A DNA stretch of 64,000 nt, from contig NC_087436.1 in assembly GCF_036321535.1 (NCBI RefSeq), positions 111,662,001-111,726,000 on the forward strand, written 5' to 3'. Below, piece by piece: positions 33,475-46,225 of the stretch; the first letter of the stretch is position 1, and every line of letters starts with the position of its first letter. Source of the DNA: Camelus dromedarius. Taxonomy: Eukaryota. The notes below the pieces were generated by a model. The model saw only the letters and a list, made by a program, of their open reading frames with translations. It made no database searches and was not told the DNA's origin. Made by a program: the position numbers and the translations under genes.

Positions 33475-34420
33475 CAGTTATATTCATTTAACAAATATGG
33501 AGCCCATCTGTGTGGACAGCCTCTGTCTTTGATGTGTTTACAGCCAATAAACAAATACACAAGTCAGCATGTCAGATGGTGACCGTGCTAAAGAGAAACA
33601 TAAGGCAAGGAAAAAGGGATGGTGAGCATGATGGTGGAGGTGGTGTTATTTTATACAGATGATCAGAGACTGCCTCTAGGGTCAGGTAACCCTGGAGGGA
33701 AGACTCAGCTAAAGGGGAGGAGCCAACCCAGTGTTCCAGGGAGAGGGAATGCGAGTATAAAGACCGTGGGGTGAGGATGTGCCCAATTTGTTTTGGAAGC
33801 AGAAAGTGGCAGATATAATTGGAATGGGGTCACCAACGGGGAGGATGCTAGGAGATGAGGCCGAAGCCAGATCTGCATCACCTTGTAAGCCATCGTGGGT
33901 ATTGGCATACATACTCCATAGGCTGATTTGAGCAGAGGAAAGCAGTATGACTTTGGCTGATTTGTTGAGAATAGACCATTGTGGAGTGAGTGTAGAAGTA
34001 GGGAGACCAGTTCAGTGGCTACTGTGGTATCTGCAGCAAGAGGTGATGGTGGGTTAGACCAGGGTAAGAGGGATGCTTGGTAAGCAGTGGTCAGATTCTG
34101 GATATACTGAAGGAGGAGACAATAGGATTTGCAGAATGATCAGATATGGGGAAGAGACGCAAGGGAGGAGCCAAAGAGAACTCAAGACTTTTGGTCTGAA
34201 CACTTGGAAGAGTCAAGTTTCCATTTCCAAGATTGAGGAGACTGTGGTAGTAGTAGATTTGCAGCAGGAACCAGAGTTTGGTTTTTGGATGTGTTGCCTG
34301 TCTCTTAAATCAAGTGCAGATATGAGGAGGTGGCTGGATTCTAATTCTGGAATTCCAAGCAGAGGTCTGGCTTTAAAGATATAAATGTGTGGGTCGTCTG
34401 TATGTAGTTGAAGTCCTTGA
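33475..34420 (-). mobile_element. Long L2 fragment
   Basis: tcatttaacaaatatggagccc...gatcagagactgcctct...gagcagaggaaagcagtatga...gggagaccagttcagtggctactg...aaagatataaatgtgtgggtc. Confidence 0.8.
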
Positions 34421-35853
34421 GGTGGATCACACACCAAACAGAACAGAAAAATTATTCAAGTATATAATGAAAAAAAGAATCCATGACTCTGCAGATGACG
34501 AGAATTGCTCTGCTTCAAGGAAATTCGATACAGGGCACTAAGCAGAAAGAGCGTGCAGTGCAGACACATATCCTGGTTTAGGTGCTGAAGTTCAAGGATA
34601 AAGAGTGAGCTTTTCAGGCATCCAGGAAGAATAAGTAAGTCACAGAGGAAGGAGACAGAGGCTGACCACAGCCATTATTCAGTAGTCAAAGGTAATAGAC
34701 CAGCGTCTACATTTTCTGGAAGAAAGTGTGATTCAAGAATATCAAACATAACCAAGACATTATTCAATAACAAGGGCAACAGGCAGATATTCTTAACTAA
34801 CTCACATAACTCAACCCCTGAGCTCTTATTGGAAAAAAAAAATTACTTAAAAATGAAATCAGGTCACATAAGAGATGAATCAAAGCATGGAACTCAGGAA
34901 TGGATGTGGTAAAAGTGAGCATTGAATCAACTTATATAGAGACCTGATACTAAATAATGGTGCGAATTACTTTTACAAAGCAGAGTGCAAATGCTACACA
35001 CCTTGACACTGTAAAAATGATGCTGAAACTAACAAAAATCAGGAGGTGGTGGGAGGGATGGTGGGAGGAAGTGTGTGAGTGCTAATGGCTTCATCATTTC
35101 TGGGAGTCAATCAGTGCTGCCTAAAATTGAAACTTGTAGTTTGAAAAATCACCGAATGCCTCTAATTGTGATCATCATCATTTTATTTCTCAACAACCGA
35201 GTATTTTAAAATAACTATTAAGGTAAAGATTCATTTCAAGATTAGCAATTCCTTCTATTCTGTTTTAATTTCTTTGTTTTGGTAAATTCAAAAAAAATTA
35301 AGCACTTTTGATGAAGACTAGTGCTTTATAGCATGACTCTATTTTTAGAAAAACATCTATCAATCTGTCATCTATGTATATTTACATATAGACAAACATG
35401 CAGAACAGTATTCACCTAAAAATTAGTTTTGAGTGGAATAATTTGAGGTGATATTTTAATTTGTATGTGTGTGTGTGTGCTTTTCTATATTGCTTGAATT
35501 CATAATAAGCATACATTATTTTTACAAAAATAATACCATATTCCTTTAGAAAAAAAAGTAGCCATGAGATATGAATCCAAATGCCAGCCGGAAGGAGCAA
35601 GATGGATCGCTGTGGGTTTGGTCTGTAGGGAAGCCTTCCTGGTGGATGGACTTTAAAAAAATGATTTATCAATGGGAAAGGATGGGATTTGCCTAAGGAA
35701 GGGAGAATGGTTGAAGCGGTGGAATCATATAGAAAAGCTTAGACAACAGGTATTTTTTATTCAGGGAATAATGAAAGCTTTCTTACCATCACTGCTTTTT
35801 ACGTGTTACAATACAAGAACCTGTCTATTGCGAGGTAAAGGTTACTATCCCCC

Positions 35854-36290
35854 TGAGTGATAAAGAGTTAATTCAGCAGACTCAGGGTGCTCAAATCCTG
35901 CACATTTCAAAGAAGGGACTGGCCCTTGACCTGCTTCTGGAAGATCATCTCTGAATCCTGGGAATATCCTGTCTAGAAAGAGTATAATTGTATATCTGGG
36001 CCATGGCCCATACTACATAGTGCGGATAGCTTATATTAACATGTGATTTATGGTGAACACATATGACATGAGATGTAAGTTGATACTTGTATGAATCCAC
36101 TGGGGGAAGGCACCTGGAACCTAGCATTTGTCTCTCCTGGACTCTGTCCTAAGCACCTTTTCCCTTTGGGGATTTTAATCTGTATCCTTTCACTGTACTA
36201 GACCATAACCATGAGTATACCAACTTTTCTGAGCTCTGTGATTCCTAGTGAATCACCAGACCTGAGGGTGGCCTTGGGGACCTCTGACAA
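35854..36290 (+). mobile_element. MER21/MER68/MER77-group solo LTR
   Basis: gataaagagttaattcagcag...aaatcctgcacatttcaaagaagggactggcccttgac...ccttttccctttgg...gaatcaccagacctgagggtggccttggggacctctgaca. Confidence 0.8.
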
Positions 36291-36291
36291 G

Positions 36292-36410
36292 ACCCCGCTT
36301 TACGGATGAGGAACTGAAGCTCAGAGGATTGATATGAATTGTTCACGCTCACACAGCCAGTAAACAAAAGAGCTTGGATTTAAACCCAGGTCTTCCTGGC
36401 CATACAGTCT
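36292..36410 (-). mobile_element. MIR fragment
   Basis: tttacggatgaggaactgaagctcagagg...ggatttaaacccaggtct. Confidence 0.75.
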
Positions 36411-36904
36411 TACTTTCCTCCCCTGCAACAGAGGATTCCAAACTATTTTTCTTTTTAGCACTTTTTAATACTTTGGGAAATATATACATGAAAATTCAAC
36501 AAAACCCTTGACATGCAAATTAATCCCAAAAATGTGGTAACTTCATTGAGGTATGGATGGAACATTTTGAGGTGTGCTGTCTGGACCCACACACCTGACC
36601 CCTTGGCAGCCACTGAGGTGTTATGATGCTAAGCTAGACTTCTGGGCGTGAGTTTGTAAACCTACACCAAACACATTTGCTGCCTTGAGAGGGATTGCCC
36701 ACATTAGCGGTTTCTATCTGCCTAACTAACTCCTCTATGTCATCTTAGGCTTCTGTGTTCCTGCAAGTTGCTCCTTACCCCTCAAGTCACAGTTCGGTGG
36801 CCTTCTGTTTAGGATGACTAACTGTTCTGGTTTGACGGAGGCTGTCCTGGTTTTAGCACTGCAAGTCCTGATCGGGATAGTTGGCTACCTCCTTCAGTCT
36901 TCTG

Positions 36905-37085
36905 TTCCGGTGCCCCTCAGGCTCGAAGGTAGACACGAGTCACCTGGGATCTTGTTAAAATGCAGACTCCGATTCAGTAGGTCTGGTGGCGCCTGAGATT
37001 CTGCATTTCTAACAAGCTTCCAGGTGCTGCAGCTGCTGGTGGTGGTCCTGCTGGAGCCAGGACCACAGATGGAGTGGTGAGGGAT
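36905..37085. mobile_element. MER5A (hAT-Charlie MITE)
   Basis: gtcacctgggatcttgttaaaatgcagactccgattcagtaggtctgg...gcctgagattctgcatttctaacaagcttccaggtg. Confidence 0.85.
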
Positions 37086-38865
37086 GTGAGCACTCTTGGT
37101 TTTCTCTACTCAGTAATGATTGCAATGGATAGTAATTCCCTATTTGTTGGTTTCCTCCACTAATTTGTGAATTCTTCAGTGATAGGAACCATGTTGTAAG
37201 CCCCTATACTCCTGATCCTAGCAGGGTACCCACCACAGAATCAGTGCCCAAAAGATTCCTTTTGGACACGAAGAGAGAAGAGTAAAATGACTTAGGAGGG
37301 TCCCGGGATTCATGCCTGAGGACCAGCATGGATCCAGTTAACTAAGGGTCCTTGTGTGGAGCCATGAAGGAACCCAACGGCCCCCTAGGGGTGGGGATTC
37401 TCGAGACTAGCCTTATGATTGCCCTGTCTCCTCACACCGAGTTCCACCCTGAAAGAGATCGCTGGCGAGGCTGACCAGAGTCTAAAGATTAGAAGGAGTA
37501 CACGGATCTGAGATGGGATGAGTTAATTTCATTCAAATGCTCTGCAGAAGTGGATTCAAATGCCCCCTGGGTTGTGTCATTAAACACACCGGGTGTGAAC
37601 TGTTTCCTCAAGACCAGTCTTCACTCTCCTAGAAGCTGCTTTGTCGAAGGTAAATGAAGCCTGGGCTATTTTGACTCAATGGTTCTGTGACATGGCCTAT
37701 TGACAGAGAAGAGAAAGGCTCCGAGAAGTTGAGCAACTTGCCCAAGATCACACAGAGAACAAGCTGCCCTGAACTGGATACACTTTACTGATTCCTAACC
37801 TAGAGCTCTTTCCACTGCAACACACCAAATCCCAGGGTCAAGAGCCATCGTGTGCCAGCCAGGGGAAATGCACGCCTGTGCCCCCATGAAGCTTACTCAG
37901 GGTTCCCGGGAAATAGCCTTGTTCTGCTCACAAACAGAACTATTGATAAAGTTAAAAAAAATTGAACTTTATAGATTCCTAAAAGAAATGGTCATCCAGC
38001 CAATGACCTCCGAATTGAGCTGATTGAATCTGTGGGAGTTATTGCCTGGAGCAGGCAGGACTGCAGCCTGACATAATTCCTCATCTGTTCGTGGGATAAA
38101 GGGAAAAGCAAAGTTGCCCCTTATCTGGGAATCCCCATTATGTGGAGGATTTTGACTAGACCTTGATGTTAATTAAATTGTTTCTAAAGCCTAATGTATT
38201 ATATGTAATGTTTGCTTTTTAATGACCACCAGATGGTTTTTCAATGCTAATGAGGGGTGTATAATGACTCCCAGATTCCTAGTAGTAGCTGTAGAAGTCA
38301 GCATGCTGTCAAACAAATGGATGCTCTGGGTGGACTTAGCACTCCCGGGGGCCCGCCACCAATCCAAGACTTTGGCAGCAGTGGGGCAGGGGGATTTGCC
38401 ATACCTGTGGTGTCACAGCAAGCTCATGGCAATAAGGGAGTACTCAGATGACACCGACCTCCACCTTAGCACACAGGAGGGGCTAGATGGAGCATGCTTA
38501 CTGAATTAATAAAGGACCATCTTTGGAATGGATCTCAGGTCCAGATTTGCCCACCTTTAATGAGTATAAGAGTCTCCTGCAATTATTTTAAAAAATAACT
38601 TTCTGTTTTTAAAACTTGATCATTAAAATCAGATCTCTGCAGAATAATTAGAAGGTATAGATAAGCAAGGAGAAAAGGAGGAAGAAAGAAGGAAATGAAA
38701 GAAAGAAAGAAATGAGAAAAACAGAGCAGAAAAAAGAAAGAAAAAGGAAAAATATAGATCAATTTGCCTAAATCTGGTTTGGCTAAAACAGGTCTGTCCA
38801 TGAGTCATTGCCAATTCACATGTTTGTCTAAAATTCAGTATCTTTTCCATATTTTTGTTACTTAG

Positions 38866-38963
38866 GTGTTTATTTTAATGGAGGTACTGGGGGTTAAGCC
38901 CAGGACCTCATGTATGCTAAGCATGCGCTCTGACGCAGAGGTATACCAACCCCCTCCCCCCCC
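38866..38963 (-). mobile_element. Camelid tRNA-Ala(AGC)-derived SINE, degenerate
   Basis: Reverse complement ...GGTATACCTCTGCGTCAGAGCGCATGCTTAGCATACATGAGGTCCTGGGCTTAACCCCCAGTACCTCC-A-rich tail. Confidence 0.85.
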
Positions 38964-39149
38964 AGCGTTTGAGTATTTTTAACAAAAAGTCACTTCTAAC
39001 TTCAAAGCAATTTCGATTTATTTTTGTGTATCTAATTAAGTCTTATCAAAATCTCAATGTTTTATAAATAATGAGAAGCATCTGAAAGAGGGATAATTTG
39101 AGGAAACTACTTCTAGATATTTAGAGAAATGGTATTTAGGAAAATTGAT

Positions 39150-40470
39150 TTTAGGTGAAGTGGCTGTTACCAAGTACATTACCTATGATTGACCAGTGTT
39201 CATATTTGGTCTTTGTCCAGTCATTCTGACATGAGTTTATTTATTATTACAGAGTATAATACACACACATGTGTATATTCCTTTAGACATATTAAATGTA
39301 TCTTACGTGCATATTTTATACAGCTATATTTAAACAAAAAAGAGATTTTAATTTAAAACCTACTCAGTTAATGGAAACTGTATGTCTCTAGAAATTCTAC
39401 TATAACACCACTTTAAACATCTGAGTAGTATTTGAGTCCACTGATAGGTTACTATTGGGTATGGTAGTTATTTCCAGTGTTCTGCCGTTACAAACAATAC
39501 ATGCCATCACTTACTTTCCTTTTTGCCCTTAACAATATAGTATTGCAAGCATCTCTTCAAGACATGTATAGATGATTCCTTTGGACAGTTACATAGTAGT
39601 CCATGAGAAGATGCTGCATAATCTTTTACAGTTATTCCTTATTCCTTGGGACTAAACTTATGTGTATATGCACAATATTTCCTGAGATTAAATTCCTAGA
39701 GGTGGTATGAATGTTTTTTAAAGCTCTTGATACATATATTCCCAAACTTCCCTCCTGAAAGGTTGTATCAATTTATACTCCCACCAGTGGGGTATGGTAA
39801 TGTCAGTTTCCCTACAACTGTTCCCAGCTCTGGGTTGTTCTTTCTTTTTCCCCCCTTTAATTCCAAACATGGTACATGCTCATATTAAAAACAAACAAAA
39901 CAAAGCAAAACAAACCAACAGCACAAATTTACAGAGAGTGAAAAGGACAAAGTCCCCTTCGTTCACAGTATCTCTTACCTTGACTCCCCTATCCAACTTC
40001 CCTACCTAGAAGGACCTCTGCTAAGATTTGGTGGGCGTGCTTCCAGAACTTGCTCTTCTGCATTTACACTGCATGCATTTGATCATAAGTAGAATCAGAT
40101 GATCTCTTCACTCTGTTGCTTTCTTTCCTTTCTCACCCAACAATGAATCTCAGACATCTTTCCATGATGGTACGTATAGATGATTCTTTTGAACAGTTAC
40201 GTAGTAGTGCTCTACAGAATGCATATTACAATTTTTTAAAGCTCTTCTCAACTAATAGACATTTAGCTTCCATATATTCACTATTTCTAACATTAAAAAA
40301 TTATGGCCAATTTAATAAAAATGCAAAAATTCCTGTTACTTTTGTCTTAATGCACATTTCCCTGGTGTCCAGTTTTGATTTCTCACACACTTGTTGACCA
40401 TTTGTATTTCTTTGGCAAATTGTCAGGTTACATGTTGACGCAGACATTTCTAGTAACGTCCTAAACTACA
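39150..40470 (-). mobile_element. Decayed L1ME 3' fragments
   Basis: atttccagtgttctgccgttacaaacaat, gagattaaattcctagagg, tgtatcaatttatactcccaccagt, gaccatttgtatttctttggcaaattg. Confidence 0.65.
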
Positions 40471-40489
40471 CTTTCTGGGTCTTTTTGCT

Positions 40490-40760
40490 TCTCAGCGGGG
40501 CTGAATGGCTGTTTCTTGCCAACTGCATGTGAGTGGAGAAAATGTGTATCATTCCCAGGATGAGGTGGTTAAGAGTGGGTGTGCTCCGGAATTGGGTGGA
40601 GCCACACATTGTAAGGGGCCTGGGTCCCTGATGACTGTGTGGAGCACAGTCCCTGTCGCCTCCCATTGGACTGGGTTAGGTGTGAAAGACGAAGAAACTC
40701 AGTGGTAAGCCACTGAGATCCGGGCTGTTTCCTGCGGGAACTAGCGTCACTCACCTTGAA
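40490..40760 (+). mobile_element. MaLR LTR 3' fragment (MLT1-type)
   Basis: cctgggtccctgatgactgtgtggagc...tgtgaaagacgaagaaactc...taagccactgagat. Confidence 0.65.
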
Positions 40761-40859
40761 AAACATGTATGGGCTCTTTTTCATCTTCAAAAATTATACT
40801 TGGCCCTCAAATAATAGTCATTTTATTTTTAGTGTTTAGGAATAAGCATGTTTAAATTC

Positions 40860-41215
40860 AATAGCCTCAGGGCGTTTTTACTGCTCTCCCTGCTGGGAAC
40901 ATTTCTCCCACGCAGCTGGCTGGCTCCTTCTCCTCTCCCAGTCTCAGCTTAATCATCCCTACCTCGGAGAGGCCTTCCCTGACCACCATCTAATAAAATA
41001 GGCTCCCTGCCCTTAGTCTCACTCACAGAGAGATGGCTTTCTTCAGAGCATTTCTAGCAATTTTTATTTCTAGCTTTCCCTGTGTGTTTATGTTTGTCTC
41101 CTGTTCTCCACGGTAAGTCCTTGAAGGGAGGGTGGTGACTGGGCACCGAGCACTTAGCAGAGGGTATGGGCTACAACAGGCACTCAGTAAGTGTTGCTGA
41201 GGAATGAATGATCCA
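40860..41215 (+). mobile_element. L2 3' end
   Basis: acctcggagaggccttccctgaccaccatctaataaaata...caggcactcagtaagtgttgctgaggaatgaatga. Confidence 0.8.
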
Positions 41216-41289
41216 CAACCTCCTCTACGTACATTTAAATATAGTACCACATATAGACATGAGTCCCTGGACGATGCTTTAGTATATAG

Positions 41290-41471
41290 ATGGATTTATT
41301 GATTTCTTATAGTAATTCTGCGGCTTCTAGGAATTTGAGGGCCCATAGTTAAAGCCATTGGTATGATCAGACAAGATAATACTTGGTCAACAAATGGATT
41401 TATTGATTTCTTATAATAATTCTGTGGCTTCTAGAAATTTCGGGGTCCATGGTTAAAACCATTGGTATGAT
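41290..41471. repeat. Two-copy tandem duplication, period 104 bp
   Basis: 41290-41367 vs 41394-41471: 70/78 identical, no gaps. Confidence 0.95.
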
Positions 41472-41914
41472 TAACAAAGAGAAAAACTGAAACCCAGAGA
41501 GAAGCAACTTGTCCAAGGTCACTAAGGGAGTGATTGCTTAGCCAGGACTAGAATCTGATTCTTTTAATACCTATAGCAGTACAGAGCAGTGGCTAAAACT
41601 CGCTGTGTAGACACTTCAAAACTCCAGCTCTGTTGCATACTTGACATGTGGTCATTGGTAACTTGTCCAAGTCTCTTTTTCCTCTGTAAAAAGGGGACAA
41701 TGATAACTCAGTGTCACTGGGGAGTTTAAGTGGTTCTTGTAAGTAAGGTTATCATGGTTAAGTTCCTCTCTGAATAGGTGTTCAATAAACAATTATGATG
41801 ATCATACTAATGTGTATTTAGGGAACTTTACTCATTCACTTTCTTGCATTATTGTAATATCTTGCATTATTATTCCCAAGCAATGCTGATGTTGACTGGA
41901 AGGAAAGCAAACTT

Positions 41915-42120
41915 TGAGAACCACTGGTCAGCTACAATGACTCTCATCTTGGATGTACATTGGAATCATCTGGGAAACTGAAAATAGAGCAATGCTGGGA
42001 CTCCATCTCCCGAGTATTTTGTTTAAGCAGATCTAGGATGGAGTTCAGATGTGGGTATTTTTAAAAAGTTTTCTCAGTGATCTCAATACACATCAAGACT
42101 GAGTGTGATTCTGCTAGCTC
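41915..42120. mobile_element. MER5-type hAT MITE
   Basis: cttggatgtacattggaatcatctgggaaact...gtgggtatttttaaaaagttttctcagtgatctcaat. Confidence 0.65.
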
Positions 42121-42509
42121 ATGGCTTGGCTTCTTTCAGGGAACACAAGGAAGGCAAGACTGGAACCACTGCATAGTATCTATTGATTCTTATCTGTTGA
42201 TTAGTTCACCCAAACTTCCATCCTCTTTCATGCTACTAGCCAATATGTGCAAATAGTAATGCATTTTCAGAAAGTCAAGCTCTGTCATCTTAGGCAAATC
42301 ATACCTCTATGTCACATCTCATGAGATGGAAATGGTAAGTACACTTGGATGAATCTGATAGGAAAGGAACCTCCCACTGCTGTGAGGTATCAGGGTCTCA
42401 GAACCTTAATCTCTTCTTACAAAGATCAGGATCAATTCCACAAACTGCGTGGTGGTGAAAAGTGAGGTGCAGGAAACTGGGCACTGCCTGATTCTCTGCC
42501 TCTTCTTTG

Positions 42510-43185
42510 TCCTGAAATGTCCAAGTTGCCAGTTACTATGCTATTGTCTCTGGGCTCCAAATCCACCTTTTTATGCTCAGCTTGTGATGCCAGAGCTGGG
42601 GCCCTGAATTTCTGCTTTGTCAGATCCTCTCTGTTAGTATCTGCCTATAGGGGGCACTAGAGAGAGAGAGAGTAGGAGGCAGGAAGGAAAAGGAGGCTCT
42701 TATCTATTGACTTCCTGTCTTCTTCCTATTTCTGTGAGCATCCCCCAGCCTGGTTCTTTATCCTGGCAGTGGCGGGGGGGGGGGTCTTCTAACAGCAGCA
42801 GCTGAATCTAGCTTTCAGCTTTTTTTTAAACTCTCGCAGAACCAGCCTTATCACACTTGCCCCTCCCCACACCCCCACCCCTCACACTCCCCTCCCCGAC
42901 ACCACTAACCTAGCTGACCCCCTTCCCAGAGGTCTGAGTCCCAGATCCCTGGGCCCTCCTCCAAGCCTCTAAGTTTTAATGATTCCCATCTCTTCCTCCT
43001 GTTCCCCCAGCCCTGTGGGTGGTAGCTGCTTCTGGTCGTTGCTAGCTCTGTGGCACTCTTGAGTTCTTTTATCCTTTCAGTTTCCTAGGTAACAATGTTA
43101 CACCTAGTTAACAATTCTTTATATCAAATTCCCTCTTTTCAAATAACTGGTGTGATTTTTGTCCCCTGAATGCATTTTGACTGAC
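42510..43185 (+). mobile_element. ERVL-class solo LTR (LTR41-like)
   Basis: tagggggcactagag near the 5' part; 3' end cctagttaacaattctttatatcaaattccctcttttcaaataactggtgtgattt...gactgaca. Confidence 0.65.
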
Positions 43186-43203
43186 ACACACACACACACA
43201 CAC
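43184..43203. repeat. (AC)10 microsatellite at the LTR end
   Basis: Direct read. Confidence 0.9.
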
Positions 43204-44161
43204 CAGGCACAGCGGATAAACAAGTGCAGACTTCCTTCCTCCATTCCCCCAATTCCAGGGTCAACGCCTGCCCCAGACAGCTGACCGCATGGAGGTACGT
43301 GTGCATACAGGTAGGTTTATCCCTGATTCCAAAGAGGAAGTGGGAGCCTCAGAGAAGCAGAACTGCACGTGCCCAGTTCCCTGGTGAGGACACCTCTGCT
43401 CGATTAAGTCACCCTTTCACTGGTGGATTTTTTCAAACATCGAAATCTTCACTCAGCATTATCCTTACCCCAGCCTTTCACCCCCTTCTCTGTGAAAAAT
43501 GAATGCAGTGGCATAAAAGACATCTTCCTTGGCAAAAACTTACTCAGATGACGCCACTACCCGAAACACAGGTAAGTGACCAGCTCAGGCTCTGGTCCGT
43601 CTGATGCAAAATTCTATTTTTCCCATTACACTGTGTGACCTTTCTCACCAGCCTACATCCTATGAGTTGGGCCGGGGACCAGATTTCAGCCCACATCTCC
43701 AGGGTATCATTTCATCTTTTGGGAAAGAAAGACTATTCTGTGACTTGGAAAAGAGCTCGTTTGTCATGCCCATCACCTGCCTCCTTTTCCAGTGCCCCTA
43801 TTTTCAGCAATGGCCTAGCTTTTAAAACAGAGCTGCTTCTGATTGTTCAGTGGTAGGGGCGGGGGGAGAGGTTATACTGCTCATTGAGGTTTTTGTCTTT
43901 TCTGCTGCCTTCTTCCTCCAGCCCTCTAGCCTCTCCTACACAGACTTAGTTATTCATCCCTATGTGACAACAGGGCTCAGTATGTCCCTCCAGGACTGAC
44001 TGACATTATCTCCATCTTTGTAGACTTTTTGCCACACTCTGTCAGCCACTTTAAAGCAACGTGGACTCTCATAGACTCTCTTGGCTGTGTGTCTATTGCC
44101 TCTTACTAGAATGAATTTCTTTGGAGGCAGGGACAGCAATTTATTCATCTGTGTTTCTCTT

Positions 44162-44620
44162 CAGCGTTCTTAACCAGGGTTGAAATTCATGGGGCTGAGG
44201 ATTTGAATAGAAACAGAATACGTCTTTATTTTCACTAAGCTCTAACAGAAATTCAGCATGTCCTTCAATCATGAATGGAGACAAGAGTCACAATAGAATC
44301 ATAGTACCTGTGACTTTGCCACCAACAGAAATCCCAGAGCATGTTTTTATATCACATTACAGGTTATTGCAGACAGCTCAAAATATTTTGGGCTCATCAC
44401 TGCTCTGAAACTGTGGACGCTGTTAGACTCGCTGCTAGATTGTGTTATGATGTTTAAATAAATATTACTGTGTCACAATTTTTTAAAAGTATTTTGAAAA
44501 CTGTATTTCAGTATAACTGGTTTCTTTTGTAGTTCTATGTTTTTGTATTATGCATTTAAATACATTATTCTGAGCAAGGAATCCATAGACTTTACCAAAC
44601 AGACAAAAGAATTCCCAACT
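44162..44620. mobile_element. hAT-Charlie family DNA transposon remnant (subfamily uncertain)
   Basis: cagcgttcttaacc start; gtacctgtgactttgccaccaacagaaatc; tgcatttaaatacattattctgag...tccatagactttacca. Confidence 0.65.
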
Positions 44621-44959
44621 TAGTGTCTAAGCCAGTGCCCTGTTCAAAGTTTGGTGAATGGAATATATAGTGAATGAAACAATTAGATTAAGTCATTTTT
44701 GTTTCAAGAAAGAATGTTTGATCTAAATTAATTAATGTTGGCATAACAGAAATAATTTGGCTAATAAATCCATTTAAATTCATAGTCCTTGATGTATATC
44801 AAAACAAATTCTAAATGAATTAAAGAGTTAAATTCATATTTAAAATTAAACTAATTTGATTCATTTATTTGTCAGATATTTATTGGATGCCTGCCACACA
44901 CCAGATACAGTTCTAAGCCATAGGATACAGCAATAAATAGAAACAAATTCCTAGTTACA

Positions 44960-46225
44960 GTTGGTGCTGGAACAATTGGACATTCATACAATGGACTGCA
45001 ATCTATATCTTGTACCACATGTAATAATTAACCCCAAATGGATGATGCTCATAAAATGAAACCCTAAAATCTACAAACTTTTAAAAGAAAACATGGCAGA
45101 AAATCTTTGTAACCTTAATTTCTTAGACACAATACCAAAAACAATCCACTACGAATTGATAAATAGGACTTCATCAAAATTAAAAACTTCTGTTCTTCAA
45201 CAGACACCACTAAGAGAATAAAAGATAACCACAGACAGCGAGAAAATATTTGCCAATCATATACCTGATGAAAGGCTTGTGTCCAGAAGGTAAAAACAAC
45301 TTTCAAAACTCATAAAAATAAGGAAATAAACACCCCCAACAAAAATTTGGCAAATAATTTAAACAGACATCTCACCAAAGAACATACATGGATGGCAAAT
45401 ATGTTCATAAAAGGATGCTCAGCACAATTTGTCATTAGGGAAATGGAAACTGAAACCACAACAAGATACCACCACTTGCCTATTGAAACTGCAAACAAAC
45501 AAAACAAAACAACAACTGCCAAATGACAACGGATAACACCAAGTGCCGAGAAGGATGTGGAGCAACTGGAACACTCGTACACGCTGTTGAGAATGTAAAA
45601 TAGTCCAGTAGTTCTGGAAGATGATTTGGCGCTTTCTTATATAATTAAGCATACACTTAATAGAAGATTCAGCAGTCCCAGTCCTCGGCATTTACCTAAG
45701 AGAAATGAAAGCCTATGCTTACAAATCAGTGTGTGTGCAAATACTCATGGGAGCTTTATTTGCCATAGCCCCAAATGGAAGACAACACAAATACTCTTAA
45801 ACTGATGAATGAATAAACAAACTATGGTAAATCTACACAATGTCATATTTATTAGCATTAAAAAAGGAACATTACCCCTACACACGCAACAACATGGATG
45901 AAACACAAATGTAAGTTAAATGTCATGTTAAATGAAAGAAGCTATAAAGTCTACAGACTATGATGTCATTTTATGACAAAGCTGGAAAAGGTAAAACTAG
46001 GGATACAGAAAACAGACCAGTGGTTGCCAGGGACTGGGGTGGGGAGAGGGACTGGCTACAAAGGGGCACAGGGAGGTTTTTTGGGGGGCGATGGAACTGC
46101 TTTGTATTTTGATAGTGGTAATGGGTACCTGACTATGTATTTGTCAAAACTTGTAGAACTTGATGCTTAAAAAAGTTAAATTCTATTGTCCGGAAGTTAC
46201 ACTTTAATAAAAAATGAAAAAAAAT
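44960..46225 (+). mobile_element. L1 ORF2 3' end plus 3' UTR (L1MB/MC-like)
   Basis: ggacttcatcaaaattaaaaacttctgttc, gagaaaatatttgccaatcatatacctgatg, ggatgtggagcaactggaac, gtggttgccagggactgggg, tacactttaataaaa. Confidence 0.9.
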
